Source: an uncultured Acidimicrobiia bacterium
GTDB taxonomy: Bacteria; Actinomycetota; Acidimicrobiia; Spongiisociales; Spongiisociaceae
Direction of reading: 5' to 3'
NCBI GenBank assembly: GCA_958295745.1
Contig: OY282370.1
Location: forward strand, 1,295,724-1,359,723
DNA length: 64,000 nt
Every line of letters starts with the position of its first letter. Positions within the stretch are counted from its first letter, which is position 1. Made by a program: the position numbers and the translations under genes. This document shows, piece by piece, positions 9,289-18,975 of the stretch. The notes beneath the pieces were generated by a model. The model saw only the letters and a list, made by a program, of their open reading frames with translations. It did no database searches and was not told the DNA's origin.

Positions 9289-11385
9289 TCAAGCCCTGAG
9301 GTCGAACCTGTTGACGGCGGACGTATCCCGGGAACGAACATCCACGTCCAGGGTCGTAAGCCCTCTCTCCTCTATGGCGGCCTCGAATTCCTGGAGAGTG
9401 ACGCGTACGCCGTAGATGTTGAACTGGTCGTTCAGGTCATAGGCGTAGGCATAGAGGTCGGCGGTGACGAACTGGTTGAGATCCGTGTCCAATTCCAGGA
9501 TGTAGAGGCCTCGGCGGGGGCCGGTCCGATAGCCGTTGACCCAATAGTGGGGGACAGGGTCCGCCTCGATGTTCGTGCCGACCACCTCGGCGCCGATCTC
9601 TTCCACGCCGGAATACTCGGAGTCGCGCTGATACCGGGCGGTGGCTATCCCCCGGGAGCTGGTATGGCGGCGGTACCGGTCCTCCCCGACGCCCAGATCG
9701 TCCTGCGAAGAGAACAGTATCCTCTGACCGCGCACCGGATCGCCGTACTGGTCGGTGAGCACCGCCTGGACCGAGTTCACAGCGCCCCGGCCCTCGTCGG
9801 AGGCCACATGGAACACAGGCTTCTGGACGATCCGCAGCATGGTGGGGACCGCGCTTTCTTGGGACCACGTCACCCGGACGTCACCGCCGCCGTCCGACGC
9901 GCCCAGGGTGGTCCTGTCCCGCACCACCAAGTCGGACACCGACACGTCCAGGTCGAGGGTCACCACGTCGTCGTTCTTGCTCTTGTCGGGATCCCTCTCC
10001 TGGAACCTGAAGGTCAGCGAACCCGACGAGTCGGTGCTGTAGTTCCTCGACTCGGAATCCTTCACCACCCCGTTGGCTTCGATGGTGCTGGCGACTCGGA
10101 GGGTTCTGCGCACCGGCACAGGGTCGCCGTCGCGGTCCACCACTTGCAGCGTGAAGGTGATCCGGTCGTCGAAAGCGAGCAGCGAAGCGCCTTCCTTCAT
10201 GTCGTCGGTTATTTCCAGGTCCACGGGGGGTTTGGAGGTGCGCACCACGAACGTACGCGCCTCCGCCTTGTCCTCGTCGTACTCTTCGTCGATGGCGCCG
10301 GTCCAAGCCCACAGCGTGAGGCTGTCGTCGATCCGGACGGCGTCGACGGCGTTGCCGAACCCGTCGGTCGTGAGGTCCGCATGGTCGATCACGCAGGCCA
10401 GGCCCCCCAACAGCCCGCCCAGGTTCTGGATCGAGGACGAGCAGGTGCCGTCGCGGTCGAAGGGGTTCTCGGCGTCCAGATCGACCCCGAAGAGGTCTAC
10501 GTACGCGTCCGCGATCGGCCTGTGGAAGCGGTCCCGCAACGAGATCAGAACGTCTATCTGCTCGCCTTCCACCACCTTGGTGTCCACCGCTTGGACCGTA
10601 ACCCCCGAAGGGCGGGCGTTGGTGTGGGACAAAGCCCTGGTTATGAAGGAGGCCATCTGCCCCCTGGTCACCGGAGCATCAGGGGAGAAGGCCGTATCGG
10701 AGGTGCCTTTGGTAACCCCCAGCTCATACAGCCGGTAGACGGCGGTCTCCACCGTGCGGGGAAGGCCGGACAGGTCCTCGAACAGGCTGTCGTCCGAGGT
10801 GACTTTGGTGATGTCGGTTCCACCTTCCCCGAGATCGGCCTGTTCCAGGAACCCGGCCAAGAACAGCGCCATGTCCCTGCGGGGGATCCGCCCCCCGGGA
10901 TCGAACCTCTCCGTCGAGGCGCCGCTCATGATCTTCAGCTCCACCATGCGGTTGATGGCGTCCTGTACCTCTTCGGGCAGGTCCACGATGTCCTTGAACC
11001 CCTGGTCTTCGGCGTCCGGCAGTCGGACCCCGGCGGGCCGGGCCGCCCGCGACAGGAACAGCGCCATCTGCTGGCGGGTCACCAAATCATTGGGGGCAAA
11101 GACGAAGCGGGACTTGCCCTGGGTTATCCGGTAGTGGGTCAGGCAGTCGATGGCCTGCTCGGCGCCGAGGCCGGCGGTGTCGCCGAAGCCGGCCGACTCG
11201 AGGGCGGGGCCCAGACAGGCCGAGAAGTCGGGCAGATGATCGGGCTCGTCCACGGCGGCCGAGGCCGGAGACACCCCCGCCGCCAACAGCGAAGCCGCCA
11301 GCAACAGCGCAACGACCGCACCCGACAAGGGCCGGGGGCGCATCTGTTCCATGGACTCCCGCCGCATCACGGTAATCGCATCCAT
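9289..11385 (-). CDS. Secreted cell-surface protein with three N-terminal SLH domains (paralog)
   Basis: Signal peptide, three SLH repeats (..TRQQMALFLSRA.., ..RRDMALFLAGF.., ..RGQMASFITRAL..). The start could be the ATG at 11385, 11352 or 11343. Confidence 0.7.
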   Translation of the reverse strand: MDAITVMRRESMEQMRPRPLSGAVVALLLAASLLAAGVSPASAAVDEPDHLPDFSACLGPALESAGFGDTAGLGAEQAIDCLTHYRITQGKSRFVFAPNDLVTRQQMALFLSRAARPAGVRLPDAEDQGFKDIVDLPEEVQDAINRMVELKIMSGASTERFDPGGRIPRRDMALFLAGFLEQADLGEGGTDITKVTSDDSLFEDLSGLPRTVETAVYRLYELGVTKGTSDTAFSPDAPVTRGQMASFITRALSHTNARPSGVTVQAVDTKVVEGEQIDVLISLRDRFHRPIADAYVDLFGVDLDAENPFDRDGTCSSSIQNLGGLLGGLACVIDHADLTTDGFGNAVDAVRIDDSLTLWAWTGAIDEEYDEDKAEARTFVVRTSKPPVDLEITDDMKEGASLLAFDDRITFTLQVVDRDGDPVPVRRTLRVASTIEANGVVKDSESRNYSTDSSGSLTFRFQERDPDKSKNDDVVTLDLDVSVSDLVVRDRTTLGASDGGGDVRVTWSQESAVPTMLRIVQKPVFHVASDEGRGAVNSVQAVLTDQYGDPVRGQRILFSSQDDLGVGEDRYRRHTSSRGIATARYQRDSEYSGVEEIGAEVVGTNIEADPVPHYWVNGYRTGPRRGLYILELDTDLNQFVTADLYAYAYDLNDQFNIYGVRVTLQEFEAAIEERGLTTLDVDVRSRDTSAVNRFDLRA

Positions 11386-11610
11386 CTGAGGCCTCCCTTC
11401 CCGCCTGTGGATAATAGCACCGCGACCGAGGTTTATACGGCAGAAGACCGCATCGTGTCCGTAGGGCCGGCGAACCCCCGCTCAGGGACAGGGGGCGGAA
11501 GGCCCTTCGAACCTCTGCGCTTTGCCTGCTTCGCGGCCCGGCCTAATATGGGATTCGGCAATTATCTGGGGTTTTCGAAGCAGCCGACCCGACGATCAGG
11601 GGAAGCCGAC

Positions 11611-12414
11611 ATGGCGACCATCGACACGATCAGCGACCTCATGCGTGTACTGGACACGCATCCCGAGTGGTTGGAGGCGATGCGCGCCCGTTTGTTGACC
11701 AGCGATGTTCTGGAAATGCCCCGACGACACGTGGAATCTACCAACCGTCGCCTGGAGGCTGTCGAACGACTCCTAGAAAACCACGAACAACGCCCAACAA
11801 ACATCGAACGACTCCTAGAAAACCACGAACAACGCCCAACAAACATCGAACGACTCCTAGAAAACCACGAACAACGCCCAACAAACATCGAACAGCTCCT
11901 AGAAAACCACGAACAGCTCCTACAGGGGGACAGCCACTACTTCACAAACGTCTACCGTCGGCTTGACCGCCAATCCGCTGATACGAGTTTCATCAAAGGC
12001 GAGCTGTTCGAAAGGAGGGCCCGTCGGTTGGCACAGGTTCTCACCTACGAATTGGGGTTGGCATGGAAGAGAACCCTGACCGACGAGGAAATACTGGAAA
12101 TGATCAGCAGTCGGCAGGACACCTCCGGCATCGACGCCCGCCGCCTGTACCGTCTTCGGCGGCTTGACCTAACAATTGAAGCCGTCGACCAGAAAGGCAG
12201 TCCCTGTTACATCGCCGGGGAGGTGTCTTACACCGTCGACGAGCGGGATACGGTCCGGGCCATCGACGGGGCGCGGCTCCTGACCGGGCTGACCGGACTG
12301 GCCGCCCATGCCGTGGTGGTCGGAACCCGCAAGGACGACCGTATCCAATGCCAGCTCGATGCCGGCGAGGTGTTCTACTGGGAATTGGAGGACGACGACC
12401 TACTGCCGAGGTGA
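11611..12414 (+). CDS. Hypothetical protein with a coiled-coil tandem-repeat region and a C-terminal domain of unknown function
   Basis: ATG at 11611 preceded by AGGGGAAG. Three perfect 14-aa repeats (ERLLENHEQRPTNI). GC content is lower than the surroundings (about 55% by eye). Confidence 0.55.
   Translation: MATIDTISDLMRVLDTHPEWLEAMRARLLTSDVLEMPRRHVESTNRRLEAVERLLENHEQRPTNIERLLENHEQRPTNIERLLENHEQRPTNIEQLLENHEQLLQGDSHYFTNVYRRLDRQSADTSFIKGELFERRARRLAQVLTYELGLAWKRTLTDEEILEMISSRQDTSGIDARRLYRLRRLDLTIEAVDQKGSPCYIAGEVSYTVDERDTVRAIDGARLLTGLTGLAAHAVVVGTRKDDRIQCQLDAGEVFYWELEDDDLLPR
11767..11926 (+). repeat. Perfect 42-bp tandem repeat, three full copies plus a diverged partial fourth copy
   Basis: cgactcctagaaaaccacgaacaacgcccaacaaacatcgaa occurs three times exactly, inside the CDS 11611-12414. 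Confidence 0.9.
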
Positions 12415-12684
12415 CCGCAGCCCCCCCTTGCTTTGCGCCTCCTATAACCCCCGCCGAGGCGGTGATGTGTTCCTCCAATGATCCACCCTGGAGAATACTG
12501 ATGATTGCCATTAGACGGGTTGATGACCGTTGAATTACCCACCCACCTTCCCCGCGTTTTCGCAAAGCCTCGCAATAATTGGCAGGAAGGGGACCCCTAT
12601 GGTTTCGTGCCTACCGGCGCCGAGGGACCGGCCCTCTCCCGAAGGCGCGGCGGGTTGGGTGGAAGATCCCTGTACCCGGTTTCT

Positions 12685-15600
12685 CTATCTTCGGATTAGG
12701 TAGACGGTCGACAGCTGCTTGTCGGTGGCCGTCTCCTCGCGGTGGGCGGAGTAGAGGGCGCCGGTGGTCCTGTCGAAGACGGTATGCCAGCCGAGGCGCC
12801 CGGCGGCCTTCACCCCAAGGAACTCTTCATCCACGGAGCTGTCGTCCGCCCAGCCGCCGGAGGGCCTATTGAACAGCACCACCGAACCCCGGAAGTCGCC
12901 CTCCTGCCGGTGGAGGCGCCCGGCGGCCACGGCCGAACCGTCGCCGGTCATCGTCACGAACCGGCCGAACAGATCCTGAGCCCGCCCCCGTCCGGCCTTC
13001 AGAACATCCGGGGCATTGCTGTCCGCCCAGCCGCCGGAGGGCTTGGTGAACACATGTATCTCACCGTTCCGTCCTTCGTCCTCGTGGGAATTACCGGCGG
13101 CGGCCACCACATCGCCGGCGCCGGAGAGGGCCACGTGCGCGCCCATCCGCTGCTGCGCCAAGGCGGTGGGGGCGGCCAGCACCGCCGTTTCCTGGATCGG
13201 TGAGGTTACCGCGGTGTCGCTGGTGTTCCATTCCGACCCGGACCTGACATATATGTAGGAAGATCCGGCCTCGGCGGTGCTGCCGATCTTCCTCTCGGCG
13301 CCGCCCACCGCGATCACATCGCCGTCGTCGGACACCGACACCGCCCTCTCCCGGCCGAACTGCATGGTGCTGCCGGAGACGGCGATGGTGGTGCTGGGCC
13401 ACAGCACCGCCCGGCCCGCCCCGTCGTCGTCGTCCCAGCCGGCAGTGCTGTTGTCGTTCTTCTCGAACACGTAGGCCAGGCCGTCTGATTCATCCAGCGT
13501 CGAGCAGGCCACCGGGGCGCGGGGATCTCGAGAGGTGACCACCACCGTGTCACCGTCTTTGGAGACCGCCACCCCGTAGCCGAACATGTGGTTGCGGCCG
13601 GAGCTGCTGGAACAGGCCGCATGATCGGTGCCGGCCACCCTGGCCTGCAGGGTGCCGGCGGTGCCCAGCCCGGAGTTGGTGAGGGTGGCAGCGGGCTGGA
13701 TGCCGGTTCCTTCCCAACCGCCGGAGGGCTTGGTGTAGATGAACACCCGCCCGTTGTCGGCGGCGGTCGCTCCGCTGGCCATTTCGTCGACCCTGGGCGC
13801 CCCGACCACGATGGTGTCGCCCGCGATGTCCACGTCGTATCCGAAATAGTCGTTCTCCTTGGGGACGGGGGCCGTCAGGATCGCCGGGCTCGCATCGGCC
13901 ATGCCTTCGTATACATACACCCGGCCCGCCTTGGGGCATTCTTGGATCGGGGTGCCCGAGTTGCCGTCGTGGTCGCAGTTGAAGGCCTCGTAACCGGCGC
14001 CGACCACTATCACACCGTTGTCGGCGGCGATGGCCTGCCCGAACTGGGCTTCGGCGCCGGCCGCCGCCCCGCCCGGATGGTCCAGGCTGCTCCATCCGTA
14101 GCGGAGAGCGATCTGGCCTGCGCCGGATGAGGAGGCGTGGTAGACCCCCACCCGTACATGGGCGGCGGAGTCCAGGCCGTCTTCGAAGTCGGAAAGCGAT
14201 CCCGACCCGTCCAGGGCGGTCAGGAAATCGTTGCTGTCGTAGGAGGCCAGCAGCACCTTCTCCGCGGCGGAGATCACGAACCGGTTGTCGGACGCGTCGT
14301 GGGCCAGGAGCCGGCCGGACAGCGGGGCGTCGGCGGCTTCCATGTCCTCCGTCCAGTAGTGATACAGGCGGTTGGAGGTGAACCCCCCGCCGGTGGCCCA
14401 GATGGTCTCGATGACGCTCTGGCCGGAATCTCGGTGGTAGGTGAGGGAAGCCGCGCCTGCGACGGCGGCCACCTGGTTGTCCGAGGCGGCGGCGCCGGTG
14501 AGAGTCCTCTTGCCGCCGCTTTCCGCGGAGGTAACGCCGCTGCTGTCCGCCCATATCCCGCTCGGATCGTCGGACAGGAAGGAAATGGTGTCGGTGGCGG
14601 CGGCCGTCTGACCGTACTGGTCGACGATCCTGGCGGAGACGGTGTTGGAGGCGCCCGCGCCCGACGAGGAGGCCTCGGTGTAGTCCGCCGTCTTGGCGAT
14701 CACCAAGGCGCGGGCCGCCGACGCTATGTCCTGCCCGCTCACCTCGTACTGGAGGTCGGCGTCGGGGGCGTTGGTGGTTCCGGCCACCACCGGCAGGGTC
14801 CTGCCCGAACGGGCGGCGGTGCTCGTCGTGAACGTCACCCGGGCGGTCTCGCCGGTGGCGGCGGTTCCGGCCTGGGTGAAGGAGAAGGAAGCCCTGCCCT
14901 CCTGATCGGTGGTGTAGCTGTCGGTCTGCGGCGAGCCGGCGCTGCCTCCCACCGGAGTTTCCGTGGAGGTGACGGTCACCCGCCAGCCGCTCTCGCGCAC
15001 CGGCCTTCCGGCCGAGTCCGACGCCTGCAGGGTGAAGGTAACCGTCCTCGACCGGTCCAGATTCAGATGGGTCTGCCCGGGCATCAGGTCGTCGGTCAGC
15101 AACACCTGAGTGGGCTTCGCCGAGGCGGTGTCGTCGGCCACCAACCCGCCCAGCAGGGTGATCCGGCTGATCCCCCTGGACGACGAAGCGTAGGTGTCCA
15201 CCCGGACGCGGGTGACCACAGGATTGGGCGTGGGTTCCTTGCCGGTGTAACCCAGCTCCTTCTCGAAGTCGGCCAGCCTCACCGGCCCGTCCAGGCCGTT
15301 CAGTTGGTCGTTGCCGTCGTATCCGACGAGAATGACCCCGCCCGACGCATCGCCGATGATCAGCCGGTTCCTGACCGTGTCCTTTTCCAGCAGCCGGCCC
15401 GAAACCGGCCCGGAGGCCTCCGTCGCCCAGTAGTGGGCCATCTGCTCGGGCGTCGAGCGCAGGTCGATGTCGTCGGCGGAGGTGCCGGCGTCGCCGGCGT
15501 CGGTGAATGTGGCCCAGATGTTCTCGATTCCGTCGGCGCCGGAGTCCCGGCTGTAGGAAAGGGTGGCCCTGCCCGACCGGTTGGTGGTGCGGGTCAACCG

Positions 15601-17388
15601 GGCGCCTCCGCCGGTGGCCGCGCCGATGCCGTCCTGGTCATCGGAGAAGAAGCTCAACCTCTTGCGGGATATGGGTTCGCCGTACTGGTCGACCAGCGCG
15701 GCGGTGACCGTGTTGGTAACCCCCCGGCCCGTATCCGACGCCTCGTGGTAGGAAACCGCCTGCGAGATCGTCAGGGTGGCGGGCTCCGCGGCCTCGTCCG
15801 ACCACACCACCGCGGCGTTCGCGGTGCCGGAGCCGTCCGCCCCTGCATTCCCGAGGGTGGTCTTGTCCTCCAGATCCAAGCCGGAGGGCGGGCTCACATC
15901 CAGGTCGAGCGTGGCGGAGTCGCCCGTGTTGCGGCTGCCCGACCTCGGGTCTGTCAGGCGGTACGACAACCTGATCCGGCCCGCCGCGTCCGTCTTGTAG
16001 GTTCTGGTCTCGGACGAATAATCGGCGGACCCCCCGCTCGGCGTCACCGTCTCCTCCACGGAGATCGTCACCGACCGGTCCTTGCCCGACACCGCCTCGC
16101 CGTCCTCGTCCACCAGCTGCAGGGTGAACGTGACCCGGTCGCCGAACCTGGCGTACTTGGCGTTGGCGGCCATGTCGTCGGAGACCCGCAACGAGGCCGC
16201 TCCCTTCGAGGCGGTGATACGCAACGTGGCCGCCTGCACGCGGTCGTCGTCGTAGGTGTCCCCTATATCACCGGTCCAGGCCCACAATGTGGTGCTCTCC
16301 GTGAGGTTGACGGTCAGCTCCACGTCGCCGTCGGCGTTGGTCGCCTCGTCGGCGTGGTCGATCTCACACTCCTTGGTCCCCCCGGCCCCGCCGCCAGGGG
16401 GCAACACCTCGTCCTCGTCGCAGGTCCCGTTGGAGTTGAACGCGTCCCCGGCCTTGGCCGCCGAGAACAGATCCACTACGACGTTGACGGACGGGGTGTG
16501 ATCCCGGTTGCGCACCGACACCACCAGATCCACCGAATCGTCCAAGAGTACGGACGTCTTTTCGGCCTGGAGGGTCAGCCCGGCGGGGCGGGCCACCGTA
16601 TGGGCCAGCATCCGGGTGATGAACACCGCCATCTGGGCGCGGGTCACCAACCCTTCGGGAGAGAACCTGTTGCGGGAGGTGCCCAGCGTCACCCCTGTCT
16701 CGTACATCCGGCTGATGGCCGAATACTCGCCGTGGGTCACCCGGCCGATGTCGTCGAACACGTCGTCATCCGGGTCCACGTCGTCGGGGTAATCGGGACG
16801 GGAAATATTGCCGAGCGCGCCGATGCCCAGTAGCGCCTCGCTCAGGAAAGCGTCCAGCATCAACGCCATCTGGGACCTGGTCACCGCCTCGTCAGGCCGG
16901 AAGGAACGGCCCGATCCGGGCATGATCCTCAGTTCGGCTATCTGGTTGATGGCGTTGCGGCCTTCTTCGAAAATCCTGTCTATATCGTCGAACCCCTGAT
17001 CCGACGCCGCCGGCAGGTCGATTCCGGCGGGGCCGGACGCTCGGGTGAGGAACAGCGCCATCTGCCAGCGCAACACCGGGGCCCCCGGATCGTAGGTGGT
17101 GGCGGTCCGACCCTTCGTTATCCCGTAGTGGGCCAGACAGTTGATGGCGTCCTCGGCGGACGACCTTCTGATGTCGACCAGCCCCGCCGACTCCAACGCC
17201 GAGCCCAGGCACGCCGAATAGGTCGCGGCGCTGTCCGCCTCGCCGTCAACCGCCGCCGCCGGCGCCGCCCCGACAGCCAGCAACGACCCCACCAGAACCA
17301 AAACAACCAAGGCAACGGACCGGCGACCCCGCCGCCGCTCGTTGCTTCTGACGCTTCCGTCACCGCCAAATCTGTTGTCCAGAGCCAT
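12685..17388 (-). CDS. Giant secreted surface protein: N-terminal SLH domains, Ig-like/adhesin repeats, C-terminal FG-GAP (integrin-alpha-like beta-propeller) repeats
   Basis: ATG at 17388 preceded by GAGAGGAG, then a signal peptide. SLH repeats are present. The C-terminal third carries about seven FG-GAP-like units (..FGYDVDIAGDTIVVGAP.., ..GRVFIYTKPSGGW..). Confidence 0.7.
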   Translation of the reverse strand: MALDNRFGGDGSVRSNERRRGRRSVALVVLVLVGSLLAVGAAPAAAVDGEADSAATYSACLGSALESAGLVDIRRSSAEDAINCLAHYGITKGRTATTYDPGAPVLRWQMALFLTRASGPAGIDLPAASDQGFDDIDRIFEEGRNAINQIAELRIMPGSGRSFRPDEAVTRSQMALMLDAFLSEALLGIGALGNISRPDYPDDVDPDDDVFDDIGRVTHGEYSAISRMYETGVTLGTSRNRFSPEGLVTRAQMAVFITRMLAHTVARPAGLTLQAEKTSVLLDDSVDLVVSVRNRDHTPSVNVVVDLFSAAKAGDAFNSNGTCDEDEVLPPGGGAGGTKECEIDHADEATNADGDVELTVNLTESTTLWAWTGDIGDTYDDDRVQAATLRITASKGAASLRVSDDMAANAKYARFGDRVTFTLQLVDEDGEAVSGKDRSVTISVEETVTPSGGSADYSSETRTYKTDAAGRIRLSYRLTDPRSGSRNTGDSATLDLDVSPPSGLDLEDKTTLGNAGADGSGTANAAVVWSDEAAEPATLTISQAVSYHEASDTGRGVTNTVTAALVDQYGEPISRKRLSFFSDDQDGIGAATGGGARLTRTTNRSGRATLSYSRDSGADGIENIWATFTDAGDAGTSADDIDLRSTPEQMAHYWATEASGPVSGRLLEKDTVRNRLIIGDASGGVILVGYDGNDQLNGLDGPVRLADFEKELGYTGKEPTPNPVVTRVRVDTYASSSRGISRITLLGGLVADDTASAKPTQVLLTDDLMPGQTHLNLDRSRTVTFTLQASDSAGRPVRESGWRVTVTSTETPVGGSAGSPQTDSYTTDQEGRASFSFTQAGTAATGETARVTFTTSTAARSGRTLPVVAGTTNAPDADLQYEVSGQDIASAARALVIAKTADYTEASSSGAGASNTVSARIVDQYGQTAAATDTISFLSDDPSGIWADSSGVTSAESGGKRTLTGAAASDNQVAAVAGAASLTYHRDSGQSVIETIWATGGGFTSNRLYHYWTEDMEAADAPLSGRLLAHDASDNRFVISAAEKVLLASYDSNDFLTALDGSGSLSDFEDGLDSAAHVRVGVYHASSSGAGQIALRYGWSSLDHPGGAAAGAEAQFGQAIAADNGVIVVGAGYEAFNCDHDGNSGTPIQECPKAGRVYVYEGMADASPAILTAPVPKENDYFGYDVDIAGDTIVVGAPRVDEMASGATAADNGRVFIYTKPSGGWEGTGIQPAATLTNSGLGTAGTLQARVAGTDHAACSSSSGRNHMFGYGVAVSKDGDTVVVTSRDPRAPVACSTLDESDGLAYVFEKNDNSTAGWDDDDGAGRAVLWPSTTIAVSGSTMQFGRERAVSVSDDGDVIAVGGAERKIGSTAEAGSSYIYVRSGSEWNTSDTAVTSPIQETAVLAAPTALAQQRMGAHVALSGAGDVVAAAGNSHEDEGRNGEIHVFTKPSGGWADSNAPDVLKAGRGRAQDLFGRFVTMTGDGSAVAAGRLHRQEGDFRGSVVLFNRPSGGWADDSSVDEEFLGVKAAGRLGWHTVFDRTTGALYSAHREETATDKQLSTVYLIRR

Positions 17389-17623
17389 CGAACTCCTCTC
17401 ACCGCTCTGGCAAATACTCAAATCGACTCCGCCTAATGAAGAGAGACGATAGCACCGTCTACCAAGACCCTTGGAGTTGCCCCGGTTTTGTGGACGGTTT
17501 TCGGCCTTGGGTTTCATACATCTCTGCTCTGAACACATACCGGCCTTGCCCCGAAAGGCCTGCCGGAGTCCGGAACGGAGCGCCTACTCTCACCGCCGGT
17601 CCGGAGCCGCTACCGTGCTCTCT

Positions 17624-18739
17624 GTGGCGGGACCCCTGTCAGACATCACCATCATCGATCTCACCCGGCTGCTGGCCGGCCCCTACGCCACCATGGTGCT
17701 CGCCGACCTCGGGGCGCGGGTCGTAAAGGTGGAACACCCGGACCGGGGAGACGACGCCCGGCAGGTAGGACCGTTCCTGGGGGAGAGGAGCGTGTATTTC
17801 GAGTCGCTGAACCGGGGCAAGGAGTCCAGGCCGCTCCGTCTCGACGACCCCGACCACCGGAGAGAGTTCGAAGCCATGCTCGACGAGGCCGACGTGCTGG
17901 TGGAGAACTTCCGCCCCGGCGTCATGGACCGGATGGGATACGGGTGGGACGCCCTGCATGCCCGCTGGCCCCGGTTGGTGTACGCGGCGGTCTCCGGGTT
18001 CGGGCAGACCGGGCCTTATGCCGGGCGGCCCGCCTACGACCTGGTCGTCCAGGCGATGGGCGGGGTGATGAGCCTGACCGGACGGCCGGGCGGCCCTCCC
18101 TCCAGGGTGGGCACCTCGGTGGGCGACATCACCGCCGGGCTGTTCGCCGCGGTCGGCATCCTGTCCGCCCTCCACGACCGGGCGCGGACCGGAGCGGGCC
18201 AGATGGTGGATATCGCCATGCTCGACTGCCAGGTGGCCATCCTGGAGAACGCCATTGCCCGCTATGCGGCCACCGGGGAGGTCCCGGCGCCGCTCGGCGC
18301 CCGCCACCCTTCGATCACCCCGTTCGACGCCTTCGCGGCGGACGACGGGCCTTTGGTGATCGCCGCCGGCAACGATGCATTGTTCGCCGCCCTCTGCCGG
18401 GCGCTGGACAGGGATGATCTGCCCGAAGACCCGAGGTTTGCGGACAACCGACGCCGCACCGAGAACGCCGCGGCGCTGAAGACCGAGATCGAAGGGGTGC
18501 TGAGCGGCCGCACCGCGGCGGATTGGCTGGAGCGGCTGGAGAAGGCCGGGGTGCCGTGCGGTCCCATCAACGACATCGCGGCGGTGGTCGGCGACCCCGG
18601 GGTGAGGGCCCGCAACATGATCGTGTCGGTCGGCCTGCCGGACGGATCGACCGTCGAGACGGCCGGCAACCCCGTCAAGCTGTCAGGCCACGAAGACCCG
18701 CCGACCCGTCCGCCCGCCCCCGGCCTGAGGACAGGCTGA
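17624..18739 (+). CDS. CoA-transferase family III (CaiB/BaiF-like)
   Basis: GTG at 17624 (or 17615). Motifs ..ITIIDLTRLLAGPYATMVLADLGARVVKVE.. are typical of family III CoA-transferases. Confidence 0.7.
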   Translation: MAGPLSDITIIDLTRLLAGPYATMVLADLGARVVKVEHPDRGDDARQVGPFLGERSVYFESLNRGKESRPLRLDDPDHRREFEAMLDEADVLVENFRPGVMDRMGYGWDALHARWPRLVYAAVSGFGQTGPYAGRPAYDLVVQAMGGVMSLTGRPGGPPSRVGTSVGDITAGLFAAVGILSALHDRARTGAGQMVDIAMLDCQVAILENAIARYAATGEVPAPLGARHPSITPFDAFAADDGPLVIAAGNDALFAALCRALDRDDLPEDPRFADNRRRTENAAALKTEIEGVLSGRTAADWLERLEKAGVPCGPINDIAAVVGDPGVRARNMIVSVGLPDGSTVETAGNPVKLSGHEDPPTRPPAPGLRTG

Positions 18740-18975
18740 CCGCAACCCACCGCTTCCCGACGCTCGGATGCACCCGGCCGTCGCATAGTTGTCACACCCC
18801 TTATATATATTGAGCAGCATGATACAACGTTCTGATACGAGGACAGCCGGGGTGAGGGGACCATGCAGGAACACTGCCGACAACGCAGAAAGGGGAGGAA
18901 GCACACTATCGTGGAGGGTCGTGGAAGCGGAGAACCGGACTTGACCACGGCTGTCACCTTCGGGACGGAGGTCTC

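Noticed and set aside
7191-11600. Long plus-strand ORFs (7191-9299, and 9103-12414 before 11611) opposite the SLH genes
   Set aside because: Antisense low-complexity frames. Only the segment of 9103-12414 from the ATG at 11611 onward has a ribosome-binding site and a non-biased composition.
14137-16833. An 898-aa plus-strand ORF
   Set aside because: Antisense to the large SLH/FG-GAP gene, with a Gly/Arg/Val-biased composition.
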